Assembly: GCA_024644045.1 (NCBI GenBank)
Contig: JAHELT010000006.1
Span: 2,224 to 66,223 of the forward strand
Source: Chromatiales bacterium
GTDB taxonomy: Bacteria > Pseudomonadota > Gammaproteobacteria > JAHELT01
DNA: 64,000 nt
Direction of reading: 5' to 3'
Both the position numbers and the translations under genes were made by a program. Positions 19,019 through 28,765 of the stretch are shown piece by piece (position 1 is the stretch's first letter; the number at the start of each line of letters is the position of its first letter). Under the pieces are notes generated by a model. It ran no database searches and was not told the origin of the DNA. It saw nothing but the letters and a program-made list of their open reading frames with translations.

Positions 19019-22000
19019 CTACGGCTGCCCGAGCCCACCGCCGCCCGGCAGCTCAAGAATCAGGCGCTGGCCCGCCGGAACGATCTGCTTGCCCTTACCC
19101 TTCAGCCGCGTGCCGTCAGCGAGCCGGATGCCGCCGGGCGCGCCGTCGCCGCCGCCGTTGCGCCCACGCGCCGGGTAGTCGATGCGGTCGAACAGCGCGA
19201 ACACGGCGAACGGAGCGCCCTCAACGTGCTCGATCTCGATCACCTGTCCGTCACCGCCTGCGAAGGCGCCACGCCCCCCGGAGGCTTCGCGGAACTCCTT
19301 GCGGCGGAAAATCAACGGCGCGATCGATTCGGTGATTTCCACCGGCGTGTTGCGCACACCCGAGGGAAACGCGGTCGCCGACAGGCCGGGCTTACCGGGA
19401 CGTGCGCCGGTGCCGCCGGAGTGGAAAATGGTCACCGAGAACGGCGTGGCATCGCCGTAGTCGTGCTCACCGACGATGCCGTGTCCGCCGGACAGCATCG
19501 GGTTCCACAGGCTGGAGCTGCCTTCGGCCGGCGCGCAGCCCGGCACGGCTCGATCCAGACAGCCCAGCACCACGTCAGGCAGCATCTGGCCGATGACGTG
19601 GCGCACGGTCACGGCCGCAGGTCTGGGCGCGTTCAGAATCGAGCCGCTCGGCGCGTGGATCCGTATCGGCGCCAGCGACCCGCTGTTGTTCGGGATGCGG
19701 TTGCCGACCAGGCAGCGGATGCCGAAAGACGCGTACGCCTGGGTGTAGGTGATCGGCACGTTGATGCCGTAGGCGGACATCGCGCTGGTACCCGCGAAAT
19801 CGACCTCGATGCCGTGCGGCCCGATGCGCATCCGCGCCACGAGGTGCACCGGGTGGTCGTAGCCGTCCACGGTCATTTCGTTGCCGTACTCGCCCGGCGG
19901 GAGCTTGCCGATCTCGGCCAGCATCGCTTCGCGCGAGGTATCGATGATGTGGTCGCCGACGCTCTCGATACCGTTGAGGCCGAACTCTTCCAGCATCTCG
20001 AGCAGGCGCCTGCCGCCCACCGCGTTGCTGGTGGTCAGCGAGTACAGATCGCCGATGACCTGCACGGGCTCGCGCACGTTGGCTCGCACGATGTCGACCA
20101 CACTCTGATTCACCACGCCGCCCTCGAACAGCGGCAGGATCGGAATGCACAGGCCTTCCTCGTAAACCTGTCCGGCGTCGGGGCCGAAACCGGCACCGCC
20201 GATATCGACCACGTGCACCGTGGAGGCGAACAGCGCGATCGGACTGCCCTGCCTGAACACCGGCGTCACCACCGTGAAGTCGAACAGGTGACCGGTGCCC
20301 AGCCAGGGGTCGTTGGTGACGTAGACGTCGCCCTCGCGCATCGCGGACGGCGGGGTCTTGTCCAGGAAGAACCCGACCGAGGCGGCCATCGCGTTCACGT
20401 GGCCGGGTGTGCCGGTAACGGCCTGTGCCAGCATGCGCCCCGAGAGATCGAACACGCCCGCCGACAGGTCGCCCGCTTCGCGCACCGTGGTCGAGAATGC
20501 CGTTCGGATCAGCGCCTGCGCCTGCTCTTCGACGATCGCGATCAGGCGGTCCCAGATGACCTGGTTGCGGATTTCGCCGCCCGCGCTCACCGCGTGATAG
20601 TCCTCGCAACGCTGCAGCACCAGATCGCCCTGCGCGTTGACACCGAGCGAGAAGCCCGGCGGCACCACGGTGGTGGTCTGGATTTCCCGGATCACCGCCG
20701 GACCGGTGAGGCTGGCGCCCGCGGTCAGGCTGTCACGCGTGAATATGTCCGCGTCCAGCGCCGTCTCGCGGCCGGGAAAGTGGACGCGGATGCGCCCCTC
20801 GCCGGCCACCGGGTGGGACCTCGGCCCGGCCGGGCGGGCGGGCGCCGCATCCTCGTCGCGCTGCGCGGCCGCAATCACCGACCACGTCAGCACTTCGACA
20901 TCCAGGCCCGGCACGCTGCGCGCATACTGGCGCTCGTACTCCTGCTCGAACGCCGCACGCAGCGTGTCGCCCAGCGCCTCGGTGATGGCGCTGCCGGCGA
21001 GTGCAATCTTGATCTCGTGGCCCTGCCCGACGTAACGGGCATAAGCATGGCGCTGTGCGCTGACCGGGCTCCCGGGTGCGCCCAGTTCGACCACGGATTG
21101 CGCCTCGGCGAGCATCTCGTCGAACAGCGCGGCAAGCCCGGCGGTGTCGAGCTGCGACAGCCGCTGATACCGGCTGCGCACCACCTCGTAAGCGATCGGT
21201 GCGAGCAGGAAACCGACCGCCGAACCGACGCCCGCGTTGGTCGGAACCACGATCCGGTCGATGCCCAGCTTGTCGGCCAGGCGCGCGGCGTGCAGCGGCG
21301 CCGCCCCGCCGAAGGCGATCAGGGTGCGGGCGGCGATTTCCGCGCCCCGCTCCACCGCATGCACCCGCGCGGCATTGGCCATGTTCTCGTCGACGATCTC
21401 GATCACACCGCGCGCGGCAGCCAGCCGGGACAGCCCCAGCGGCTCACCGACGTCGCGCCGCACGGCGGCGTCCGCTGCCGCCGGATCCAGGCGCATGCTG
21501 CCGCCGGCAAAACCCTGCGCATCGAGACGTCCCAGAATCAGGTTGGCATCGGTGATCGTGCACCGCGTGCCACCGCGGCCGTAGCTCGCCGGGCCGGGCT
21601 CCGAGCCGGCGCTCTCCGGACCCACCTGAATGCGGCGCAGCGCGTCCACACGCGCGATCGAACCGCCGCCGGCACCGATTTCCACCATCTCGACCACCGG
21701 AATCTTCACCGGCATCCCGCTCCCCTTCATGAAGCGGTGCGCGCGATCCACCTCGAAGGTGCGTGACAGGAGCGGCTCCCCGTCGTCGATCAGGCAGATC
21801 TTGGCCGTGGTACCGCCCATGTCGAACGACAGCACCGACGCCTCGTCCAGCTCGCGCGCCAGGCGCGCAGCCAGCACCGCGCCCCCGGCGGGACCCGATT
21901 CCACCAGCCGGATCGGATACCGGGTGGCCGTATCGATGGTCACCAGATTGCCGCCCGAGGTCATCAGCATGCAGGGACAGCGCAGACCGGCGGCATTCAG

Positions 22001-22687
22001 GCGCCCGCGCACGTCGCTCAGATAGCCGGCGATCAACGGCTGCACGTAAGCGCTGGCCGCGGTGGTGGACTGGCGTTCGTACTCGCGGATCTCCGGACAC
22101 ACCTCGCTCGACAGGGACACGCTCACCCCGGGAAGGTGCCGGGCGAGGATCTCGCGCACGCGCTGTTCGTGAGCCGGGTTGGCATAGGCGTGCAACAGCC
22201 CGACCGCGACGCTGACCACCCCGGCCGCACCGAGCACCCGGGCGGCGGCCACGACCGACGCCTCGTCCAGCGGCTGCAGCACCTCCCCGCGGTAGCTCAG
22301 CCGCTCGCCAACCGGCAGCCGGAGCGCGCGCGGCACCAGCGGCGCGAGCCGGTCCGCCTGGATATCGTACTGGTCGAAACGGTTCTCGTAGGCCATTTCC
22401 AGGGCGTCGCGATGGCCTTCGGTAACCAGCAGCGCGGTCCTGGCGCCTTTGCGCTCGAGCAGCGCGTTAGTGGCCAGGGTGGTACCGTGAATGATGAGGG
22501 TTACCGCCGCGGGTGGCGTGCCGGTTTCCTGCAGCACACGCGAGACGGCCTGCATGAAGCCTTCCGCGGGCGCGCCGTGCGTGGTCAGCACCTTGGTGCC
22601 GTGGAACCGCCCTTCTTTCTCGAGCACCGCGTCGGTGAACGTGCCGCCGATGTCGACGGCGAGGCGGGTGGACGGTGTATCAGTCAA
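19019..22687 (-). CDS. fused hydantoinase A/B family protein (N-methylhydantoinase / 5-oxoprolinase type, ATP-hydrolysing)
   Basis: 1222 aa. The N-terminal HyuA signature is LAVDIGGTFTD, and the C-terminal half is HyuB-like (DLSAGVFD, VTNDPW). The TTG start overlaps the pyc stop (TTGA). Confidence 0.9.
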   Translation of the reverse strand: MTDTPSTRLAVDIGGTFTDAVLEKEGRFHGTKVLTTHGAPAEGFMQAVSRVLQETGTPPAAVTLIIHGTTLATNALLERKGARTALLVTEGHRDALEMAYENRFDQYDIQADRLAPLVPRALRLPVGERLSYRGEVLQPLDEASVVAAARVLGAAGVVSVAVGLLHAYANPAHEQRVREILARHLPGVSVSLSSEVCPEIREYERQSTTAASAYVQPLIAGYLSDVRGRLNAAGLRCPCMLMTSGGNLVTIDTATRYPIRLVESGPAGGAVLAARLARELDEASVLSFDMGGTTAKICLIDDGEPLLSRTFEVDRAHRFMKGSGMPVKIPVVEMVEIGAGGGSIARVDALRRIQVGPESAGSEPGPASYGRGGTRCTITDANLILGRLDAQGFAGGSMRLDPAAADAAVRRDVGEPLGLSRLAAARGVIEIVDENMANAARVHAVERGAEIAARTLIAFGGAAPLHAARLADKLGIDRIVVPTNAGVGSAVGFLLAPIAYEVVRSRYQRLSQLDTAGLAALFDEMLAEAQSVVELGAPGSPVSAQRHAYARYVGQGHEIKIALAGSAITEALGDTLRAAFEQEYERQYARSVPGLDVEVLTWSVIAAAQRDEDAAPARPAGPRSHPVAGEGRIRVHFPGRETALDADIFTRDSLTAGASLTGPAVIREIQTTTVVPPGFSLGVNAQGDLVLQRCEDYHAVSAGGEIRNQVIWDRLIAIVEEQAQALIRTAFSTTVREAGDLSAGVFDLSGRMLAQAVTGTPGHVNAMAASVGFFLDKTPPSAMREGDVYVTNDPWLGTGHLFDFTVVTPVFRQGSPIALFASTVHVVDIGGAGFGPDAGQVYEEGLCIPILPLFEGGVVNQSVVDIVRANVREPVQVIGDLYSLTTSNAVGGRRLLEMLEEFGLNGIESVGDHIIDTSREAMLAEIGKLPPGEYGNEMTVDGYDHPVHLVARMRIGPHGIEVDFAGTSAMSAYGINVPITYTQAYASFGIRCLVGNRIPNNSGSLAPIRIHAPSGSILNAPRPAAVTVRHVIGQMLPDVVLGCLDRAVPGCAPAEGSSSLWNPMLSGGHGIVGEHDYGDATPFSVTIFHSGGTGARPGKPGLSATAFPSGVRNTPVEITESIAPLIFRRKEFREASGGRGAFAGGDGQVIEIEHVEGAPFAVFALFDRIDYPARGRNGGGDGAPGGIRLADGTRLKGKGKQIVPAGQRLILELPGGGGLGQP

Positions 22688-25600
22688 TCCCGGAACTCCA
22701 GCAGCAGGTCCTTGGCGTCGATCTGAGCACCGACCGGTGCATGTATGCGGGCAACGGTGGCGTCGCGCTCGGCCAAGATCGAGGTCTCCATCTTCATCGC
22801 CTCGATGGTCAGCAGCACATCCCCGCTGCGCACCGCCTGACCCTCGCGCACGGCGACCGTGGACACCATGCCGGGCATGGGCGCGGCCACGTGATCGGGA
22901 TTGGCCGGGTCCGCCTTCGGGTGCTGCTCGACGGTCTGTGCCGCGCTGCGATCGCGGACTTTTACCGAGCGCGGTTGGCCGTTCAGTTCAAAGAACACAC
23001 GCACCTCGCCCTGCTCATTGGTCTCGCCGATCGCCTGACAGCGTATGATCAGCGTCTTGCCGGGCTCGAGCTCGATAGCGATTTCCTCGCGCGGCTGCAT
23101 GCCGTAGAAGAACGCAGGGGTGGGCAGCACCTCCACCGGCCCGTGCCGGGCACTGTGCTTCGCGTAGTCGACGAACACCTTCGGGTACATCAGATAGCTG
23201 TTCAACTCCGGTTCACTCAGCTCACGGCCGGCAGCGGCGGCGGCTTCGTGCCCCGCCGCCGTCAGGTCGAGCGGCGGCATGCTGGCGCCGGGACGCTCGT
23301 GAAGCGGCTCCTGGCCCTTCAGCACCTTGCGCTGGAGCGCCGCCGGAAAGCCGCCCGGCGGTTGGCCGATCTCGCCCCGGAAGAAGCTGATCACCGATTC
23401 CGGAAAGGCGATCTCGCGTTGCGGGTCAAGGACCTCGCTGCAGCTCAACCCCGCCGATACCATCGACAGCGCCATGTCGCCCACGATTTTCGAAGACGGC
23501 GTGACCTTGATGATATCGCCGAACATCTGGTTGACGTCGGCGTACGCGCGCGCCACCTCGTGCCAGCGCTCCGTCAGGCCCAGCGCGCGCGCCTGCTCCT
23601 TCAGGTTGGTGAACTGCCCGCCCGGCATTTCGTGCAGGTAGACCTCGGACGCGCCGGACTTGAGGTCCGGTTCGAAGGCCGCGTACTGCAGGCGCACGGC
23701 TTCCCAGTAGTCCGAGAACGCACGGATAACCGCCGGATCGAGACCGCTGTCGCGGTCGGTGTCGCGCAACGCCTCGACCACCGAACCCATGTTCGGCTGC
23801 GAGGTGAGGCCCGACAGACTGTCCATCGCCAGGTCGATCGCATCCACCCCGGCTTCCACCGCGGCCAGCACGGTGGCCGCCGCCGCGCCGCTGGTATCGT
23901 GCGTGTGCAGGTGCACCGGCAGACCGGTTTCTTCCTTCAGCGCTTTGATGAGCAGGCGCGCCGCAACCGGCTTCAACAACCCTGCCATGTCTTTGACACC
24001 GAGGATATGCGTACCCGCGGCCGCGAGGTCCCGCGCCATGCCGAGGTAGTAGTCGAGGTCGTACTTGCTGCGCCCCGCATCGAGCATGTTGCCGGTGTAG
24101 CAGATCGCAGCCTCGCACACGCGGCCGCTTTCGATCACCGCGTCGATCGCCACGCGCATGTTCTCCACCCAGTTCAGTGAGTCGAACACCCGGAACAGGT
24201 CGATCCCGGCGTCGGCCGCCTGCAGCGTGAACTTGCGTACCACGTTGTCCGGGTAGTTGGTGTAGCCGACACCGTTCGATCCGCGCAACAGCATCTGCAG
24301 GAGAATGTTGGGGACGCGCCGGCGCAGTTCGTGCAGCCTCTGCCAGGGGCACTCGTTGAGAAAGCGCATCGCCACGTCGAAGGTCGCGCCGCCCCAGCAC
24401 TCCAGCGACAGCAGCTGCGGCAGCCGGTGCGCATAGGCATCGGCAACCCCGACCATGTCATAGGTGCGCAGGCGCGTGGCGAGCAGCGACTGGTGCGCAT
24501 CACGCATGGTCGTATCGGTGATCAGCACCTGGGGTTGCGCCAGCATCCAGTCCGCAAAGCCGCGTGGTCCGCGCTGCAGCAGCAACTCCCGCGTGCCGGG
24601 CTCGGGTGTCTGCGCGTCGTCGATGCGCGGCGCCGCGGGCTGCGGCGCCCACACCGGCGGCATGGCCCGGCCGGCGACATCCGGGTGACCGTTAACCGTC
24701 ACATCGGCGATGTAGTTGAGCAGCTTGGTCGCGCGGTCTTTGCGAGCCTTGAAGTCGAACAGCGCGGGGTGCTCATCGATGAAGCGCGTGGTGTAGGAAG
24801 CCTCGCGAAACACCGGGTGGTTGATGAGATTTTCGACGAACACCAGATTGGTGGCCACCCCGCGGATCCGGAACTCCCGCAGCGCGCGGCTCATGCGCGC
24901 AATCGCCTCTTCGCAATCCGGTGCCCAGGCGGTGACCTTCTCCAGCAGCGAATCGTAGTAGCGGGTGATCACCGCCCCGGAGTACGCGGTGCCGCCGTCG
25001 AGGCGTATGCCGAAGCCGGTGGCGCCTCGATAGGCCGTGATCCGGCCGTAGTCGGGAATGAAGTTGTTGTGTGGATCCTCGCTCGTGATGCGGCACTGGA
25101 GCGCGTGTCCGCGCAGCGTGATCTGCTCCTGCGCGGGCACCCCGGAAGCCTTGGTGTCGCCGATCCAGGCACCCTGAGCGATGCGCAGCTGCGCCTTGAC
25201 GATATCGATCCCGGTGACCTGCTCGGTGACCGTGTGCTCGACCTGGATACGCGGATTGACTTCGATGAAGTAGAACGCGCCCGTATCGGCGTCCATCAGA
25301 AACTCGACCGTGCCCGCGTTCCGGTAGTCCGCCTCGTGCGCCAGCCGCACGGCCAGCGCGCAGAGCTCTTCACGCTGCGCCGCATTCAGGTAGGGTGCGG
25401 GGGCACGCTCCACGACTTTCTGATTGCGCCGTTGCACCGAGCAGTCGCGCTCGTACAGATGCACGATACGGCCGTGCGCATCGCCCAGTATCTGCACCTC
25501 CACATGCCGCGCCCGCTGCACGAGCTTTTCCAGGTACACCGCGCCGTTGCCGAAGGCGGCTTCCGCTTCGCGGCGCCCAGCCGCCACTTCACGCACCAGC

Positions 25601-26136
25601 TCGTCCACGGCGTTGATCACGCGCATGCCGCGGCCGCCACCGCCCCAGACCGCTTTCAGCATCAGCGGATAGCCGATCGCCGCGGCAGTGGTCAACAGCT
25701 CGTCTTCCGCCTCACCCAGCACGCCGCTGGCCGGCATCACCGGCACACCCGCCGCAACCGCGACCGCGCGGGCGGATACCTTGTCGCCGAGCAGCCGCAT
25801 CGTGGGTGCACCGGGTCCCACGAACACCACGCCGGCCGCTTCGCAGGCTTCGGCGAAATCGGGATTCTCGGACAGAAAGCCGTAACCCGGATGAATGGCG
25901 TCCACGCCGCTGGCCCGCGCGACGCGCAGCACCTCGTCGATGGACAGGTAGGCCTTGACCGGACCCAGGCCGCGACCGACCCGGTAGGCCTCGTCGGCTT
26001 TGAAGCGATGCAGCGCCAGCTTGTCTTCTTCGGCGAAAATGGCGACGGTTCGAATGCCGAGCTCGCTGGCCGCGCGCATGACACGGATCGCGATCTCGCC
26101 GCGATTGGCGATCAAGAGCTTGCGAAACCTGGCCAT
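22684..26136 (-). CDS. pyc: pyruvate carboxylase (biotin carboxylase + carboxyltransferase + biotinyl domains)
   Basis: The start was set at MARFRKLLIANRGEIAIRV (ATG 26136). The protein is about 1150 aa, and the biotin attachment motif EAMKME lies near the C-terminus. The ORF-track extension to 26448 is an Arg/Pro-rich read-through. Confidence 0.9.
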   Translation of the reverse strand: MARFRKLLIANRGEIAIRVMRAASELGIRTVAIFAEEDKLALHRFKADEAYRVGRGLGPVKAYLSIDEVLRVARASGVDAIHPGYGFLSENPDFAEACEAAGVVFVGPGAPTMRLLGDKVSARAVAVAAGVPVMPASGVLGEAEDELLTTAAAIGYPLMLKAVWGGGGRGMRVINAVDELVREVAAGRREAEAAFGNGAVYLEKLVQRARHVEVQILGDAHGRIVHLYERDCSVQRRNQKVVERAPAPYLNAAQREELCALAVRLAHEADYRNAGTVEFLMDADTGAFYFIEVNPRIQVEHTVTEQVTGIDIVKAQLRIAQGAWIGDTKASGVPAQEQITLRGHALQCRITSEDPHNNFIPDYGRITAYRGATGFGIRLDGGTAYSGAVITRYYDSLLEKVTAWAPDCEEAIARMSRALREFRIRGVATNLVFVENLINHPVFREASYTTRFIDEHPALFDFKARKDRATKLLNYIADVTVNGHPDVAGRAMPPVWAPQPAAPRIDDAQTPEPGTRELLLQRGPRGFADWMLAQPQVLITDTTMRDAHQSLLATRLRTYDMVGVADAYAHRLPQLLSLECWGGATFDVAMRFLNECPWQRLHELRRRVPNILLQMLLRGSNGVGYTNYPDNVVRKFTLQAADAGIDLFRVFDSLNWVENMRVAIDAVIESGRVCEAAICYTGNMLDAGRSKYDLDYYLGMARDLAAAGTHILGVKDMAGLLKPVAARLLIKALKEETGLPVHLHTHDTSGAAAATVLAAVEAGVDAIDLAMDSLSGLTSQPNMGSVVEALRDTDRDSGLDPAVIRAFSDYWEAVRLQYAAFEPDLKSGASEVYLHEMPGGQFTNLKEQARALGLTERWHEVARAYADVNQMFGDIIKVTPSSKIVGDMALSMVSAGLSCSEVLDPQREIAFPESVISFFRGEIGQPPGGFPAALQRKVLKGQEPLHERPGASMPPLDLTAAGHEAAAAAGRELSEPELNSYLMYPKVFVDYAKHSARHGPVEVLPTPAFFYGMQPREEIAIELEPGKTLIIRCQAIGETNEQGEVRVFFELNGQPRSVKVRDRSAAQTVEQHPKADPANPDHVAAPMPGMVSTVAVREGQAVRSGDVLLTIEAMKMETSILAERDATVARIHAPVGAQIDAKDLLLEFRD

Positions 26137-26347
26137 GCCTGCTGCTTCCGGGTGAATCGGGCGTCCGCCGACGCGTCGCGGAGGGCGCATCCCGTCAAAC
26201 CCCGGTGATCGGCGGCGCGGCGGGGCTGCAGCCTCCTCAGGGTGAGACAACGCGTATACGCAGGCGGCTCGGTATCTTACACCGCGATCCGCAGCGAGCA
26301 ACATCGCCGCCGGGCGAACCGCTGGCGCGCCCGCGCCGGCCGCGGGA

Positions 26348-28657
26348 TCAGCGCGCGCGCTGCGCCCGTACGGCCAGGGCGGCCTGGTTGCGCAGCGTCT
26401 TGAGATGCCGGAACGCCTCGGCATCGATGCCGTGCGCTTCTTCGGCATCGGCGTAGATCATGCCGATCAGCTTTTCGTTGAGGCGGATGGGCAACAGCGC
26501 GCAGGAGGCCGCACGCGCATGCTTGCGGTACCAGTCCGGCATCCGGTCGCGCACGGTCAGCGACTCGGCGATCAGCAAATCCTGGCCGCGCTCCACGGCG
26601 TGGTGCACGGGGTTGCGCTCGCTGAGCGAAAACTGCAGTTTCTTCAACAACCCCTCGTCCACCGCACCCATGCCGAAGCGCGCTGCCACTTTGTGCGCGC
26701 GCATGTCGTTGACGAACATGACGACCCGCTGCACCTCGAGCACCCGGTAGGCGATTTCCAGGATCGTGCCGAGCACGTCATTCAGCGCCTCCCCGGCAAC
26801 CAGCATGTTGGTTATCTCGTTGATGCCCAGCAGGAGCCCGTCGCTGCGCGATTCGCGCGTATTCTCGGCCGCGGCTTCTTCGGCCTCAGCACCGGGCGAC
26901 GGCGCATCGTCAGCCGGCTCGGCGGGTACCGGGCGCAGTTTCGCTTCGATGTCCCGTCGCCATTGTACCGGGACCTCGATCAGGTCCAGCGCCCCACGCA
27001 AGCCGTCATCCACCAGCGTGCGAACGGCTGCTTCCTCGAGGTCGAATACCTCCCGGTAGCGTTGCAGCAACCCGTGCAGTGCCGCCTCGCGCTCGCTGTC
27101 GGGGCCCTGGTAGATATCAACGAGTTGTGCGGCAAAACAGGCGATCTGCACGGACGCCTGCTCGGAGTCGCGCGGCGCTTTCGGTTTCTCCTCCTCGGGC
27201 GGGCGCATCGACTCCACCAGCAGCGCGGGGAAATGCAGGTGCTCGGCGACCTGGCGGCCGAGCGTGTCCATGCCGAGGCCCATCACGATACGGCTCGCAG
27301 CGTTCTGATCCACACCCTTGTGCTGCATCAGGCAGCAGATCTCGTCGTACTCGTCGGGCAGGTAGTAGATTGTCAGCAGCTTGCCGAAGCGTGCCAGGAG
27401 CGCTGCGATGAAGGTCTGCTCGCGATCGACGTTTCGCGGCGCCAGGCCGCGGGCCACGCCGGCGCACACGAACGACCACAGATTCGCCTCCACGTACTCG
27501 CGCGCCTTGGGGCGTTTTCGCACATGGTCGAACAGCAGCAGTCCCACGGCGAGCATACGCACGTTCTCGAAGCCGATGATCGTGATCGCGCGCGAAACGG
27601 TGGTCACCTTGCCGCCGAACTGACAGTACATCGATGAGTTCACCAGGCGCAGCAGCTTGTGGGTCAGCGAGTAGTCTTTCAGGATCGCGTTGGTCAGTTC
27701 GACGATCGTCGTATCGCTGTCGGGGGAGGTAAGCTGGTTGATCTCCGAAATGTGCTCGGCGAACGCCGGGAAGTCCTTGTTCCGCTGCAGCTTGCGCAAC
27801 AGGTAGCCGAATGCCGGCGGGTGCCCGGCGTCCGGCTGCGCCGGTTGTGGTTCATCGAGAAATGCCCGGATCGAGGCGCTCATCTCGGCGGCGGCGGCGA
27901 AGCGGTCCGCCGGTCGCTCGGCCAGCGCGCGCAGCACGATGCCGTCCAGCGTCGCATCCAGCTCCGGGCGCAGCGACGAAGGCGGGGCGCACTGCGCACC
28001 GCCACCCGCGCTGTCACCGGGCGCCGCGGCCGCGTCGCTCGCAGCGGGAAGCCGGCCCGTGAGCATCTCGAACAGCACCACGCCCACGGCGTAGACGTCG
28101 CTGAGCGGCGTCGCGTCCCCGCCGGCAATAATCTCCGGGGCGAGGTAGCAGCGTGTGCCGGCTCCGGGGTCGGCCGGCGTTTCGCCCGGCGCCAGCCGGG
28201 CGATGCCGAAGTCCATCAACCGGGCGCTGCCCTGCGCGTCGAAGGCGATGTTCGAAGGCTTGATGTCGCGGTGCACGATGCCCGCCCGATGCGCGTGCGC
28301 AAGCCCGTCCAGAATATCGCAGGCCGCGGTCAGCGCGGCATGCACCGGCATGGCGCCCTGCCTGATGCGGGCGTGCAGAGTGTCACCGTCCACGTGCTCG
28401 AAAACCAGGTAGCTGTTGCCCTTCCAGGTACCTATGTCGTAGAGGGCCACGATGTTCCGGTGCTGCAACCCGCTGACCGCTTTCGCCTCGCGTGCGAGCG
28501 CCTGCTGGTCAAGGGCGCCGGCGGCGTTGTCTTTCAACGTCTTGATCGCAACCCGGCGTTCCAGACGTTCGTCGACCCCGAGGTAGACGATGCCCTGCGC
28601 ACCGCTGCCGAGGGTGCGTTCGATTCGGAAGTGATCTATGTACTGCTGTTCCTGCAT
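26348..28657 (-). CDS. Ser/Thr protein kinase fused to HDOD and GAF domains
   Basis: Kinase motifs are LGSGAQGIVYLG, VAIKTL, HRDIKPSNIAF, DFGIAR and YLAPE. The HDOD-like segment is ELTNAILKDYSLTHKLLRLVNSSMY...TVSRAITIIGFENVRMLAVGLLLF. The C-terminal ~160 aa are GAF-like. Confidence 0.85.
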   Translation of the reverse strand: MQEQQYIDHFRIERTLGSGAQGIVYLGVDERLERRVAIKTLKDNAAGALDQQALAREAKAVSGLQHRNIVALYDIGTWKGNSYLVFEHVDGDTLHARIRQGAMPVHAALTAACDILDGLAHAHRAGIVHRDIKPSNIAFDAQGSARLMDFGIARLAPGETPADPGAGTRCYLAPEIIAGGDATPLSDVYAVGVVLFEMLTGRLPAASDAAAAPGDSAGGGAQCAPPSSLRPELDATLDGIVLRALAERPADRFAAAAEMSASIRAFLDEPQPAQPDAGHPPAFGYLLRKLQRNKDFPAFAEHISEINQLTSPDSDTTIVELTNAILKDYSLTHKLLRLVNSSMYCQFGGKVTTVSRAITIIGFENVRMLAVGLLLFDHVRKRPKAREYVEANLWSFVCAGVARGLAPRNVDREQTFIAALLARFGKLLTIYYLPDEYDEICCLMQHKGVDQNAASRIVMGLGMDTLGRQVAEHLHFPALLVESMRPPEEEKPKAPRDSEQASVQIACFAAQLVDIYQGPDSEREAALHGLLQRYREVFDLEEAAVRTLVDDGLRGALDLIEVPVQWRRDIEAKLRPVPAEPADDAPSPGAEAEEAAAENTRESRSDGLLLGINEITNMLVAGEALNDVLGTILEIAYRVLEVQRVVMFVNDMRAHKVAARFGMGAVDEGLLKKLQFSLSERNPVHHAVERGQDLLIAESLTVRDRMPDWYRKHARAASCALLPIRLNEKLIGMIYADAEEAHGIDAEAFRHLKTLRNQAALAVRAQRAR

Positions 28658-28765
28658 GATCGGGCCGCGCCTTGGCCGCGACGAACCGGCGGCGAGCGCT
28701 TACCTTGGCGGCAGCGTAACGCCGTCCTTGAACGGCGCGCCCGAACCACCGGGGCTGAGAGTTCG

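Noticed and set aside
18626-26208. Long + strand ORFs 18626-21766 (1046 aa), 22675-24180 (501 aa) and 24331-26208 (625 aa)
   Set aside because: They are antisense to the hydantoinase/oxoprolinase and pyruvate carboxylase genes, which carry unambiguous motifs. No motifs are visible in the shadow frames.
26137-26448. 104-codon N-terminal extension of the pyruvate carboxylase ORF
   Set aside because: The canonical biotin carboxylase N-terminus (MARFRKLLIANRGEIA) begins at 26136. The extension is Arg/Pro/Ala-rich and overlaps the 3' end of the kinase gene.
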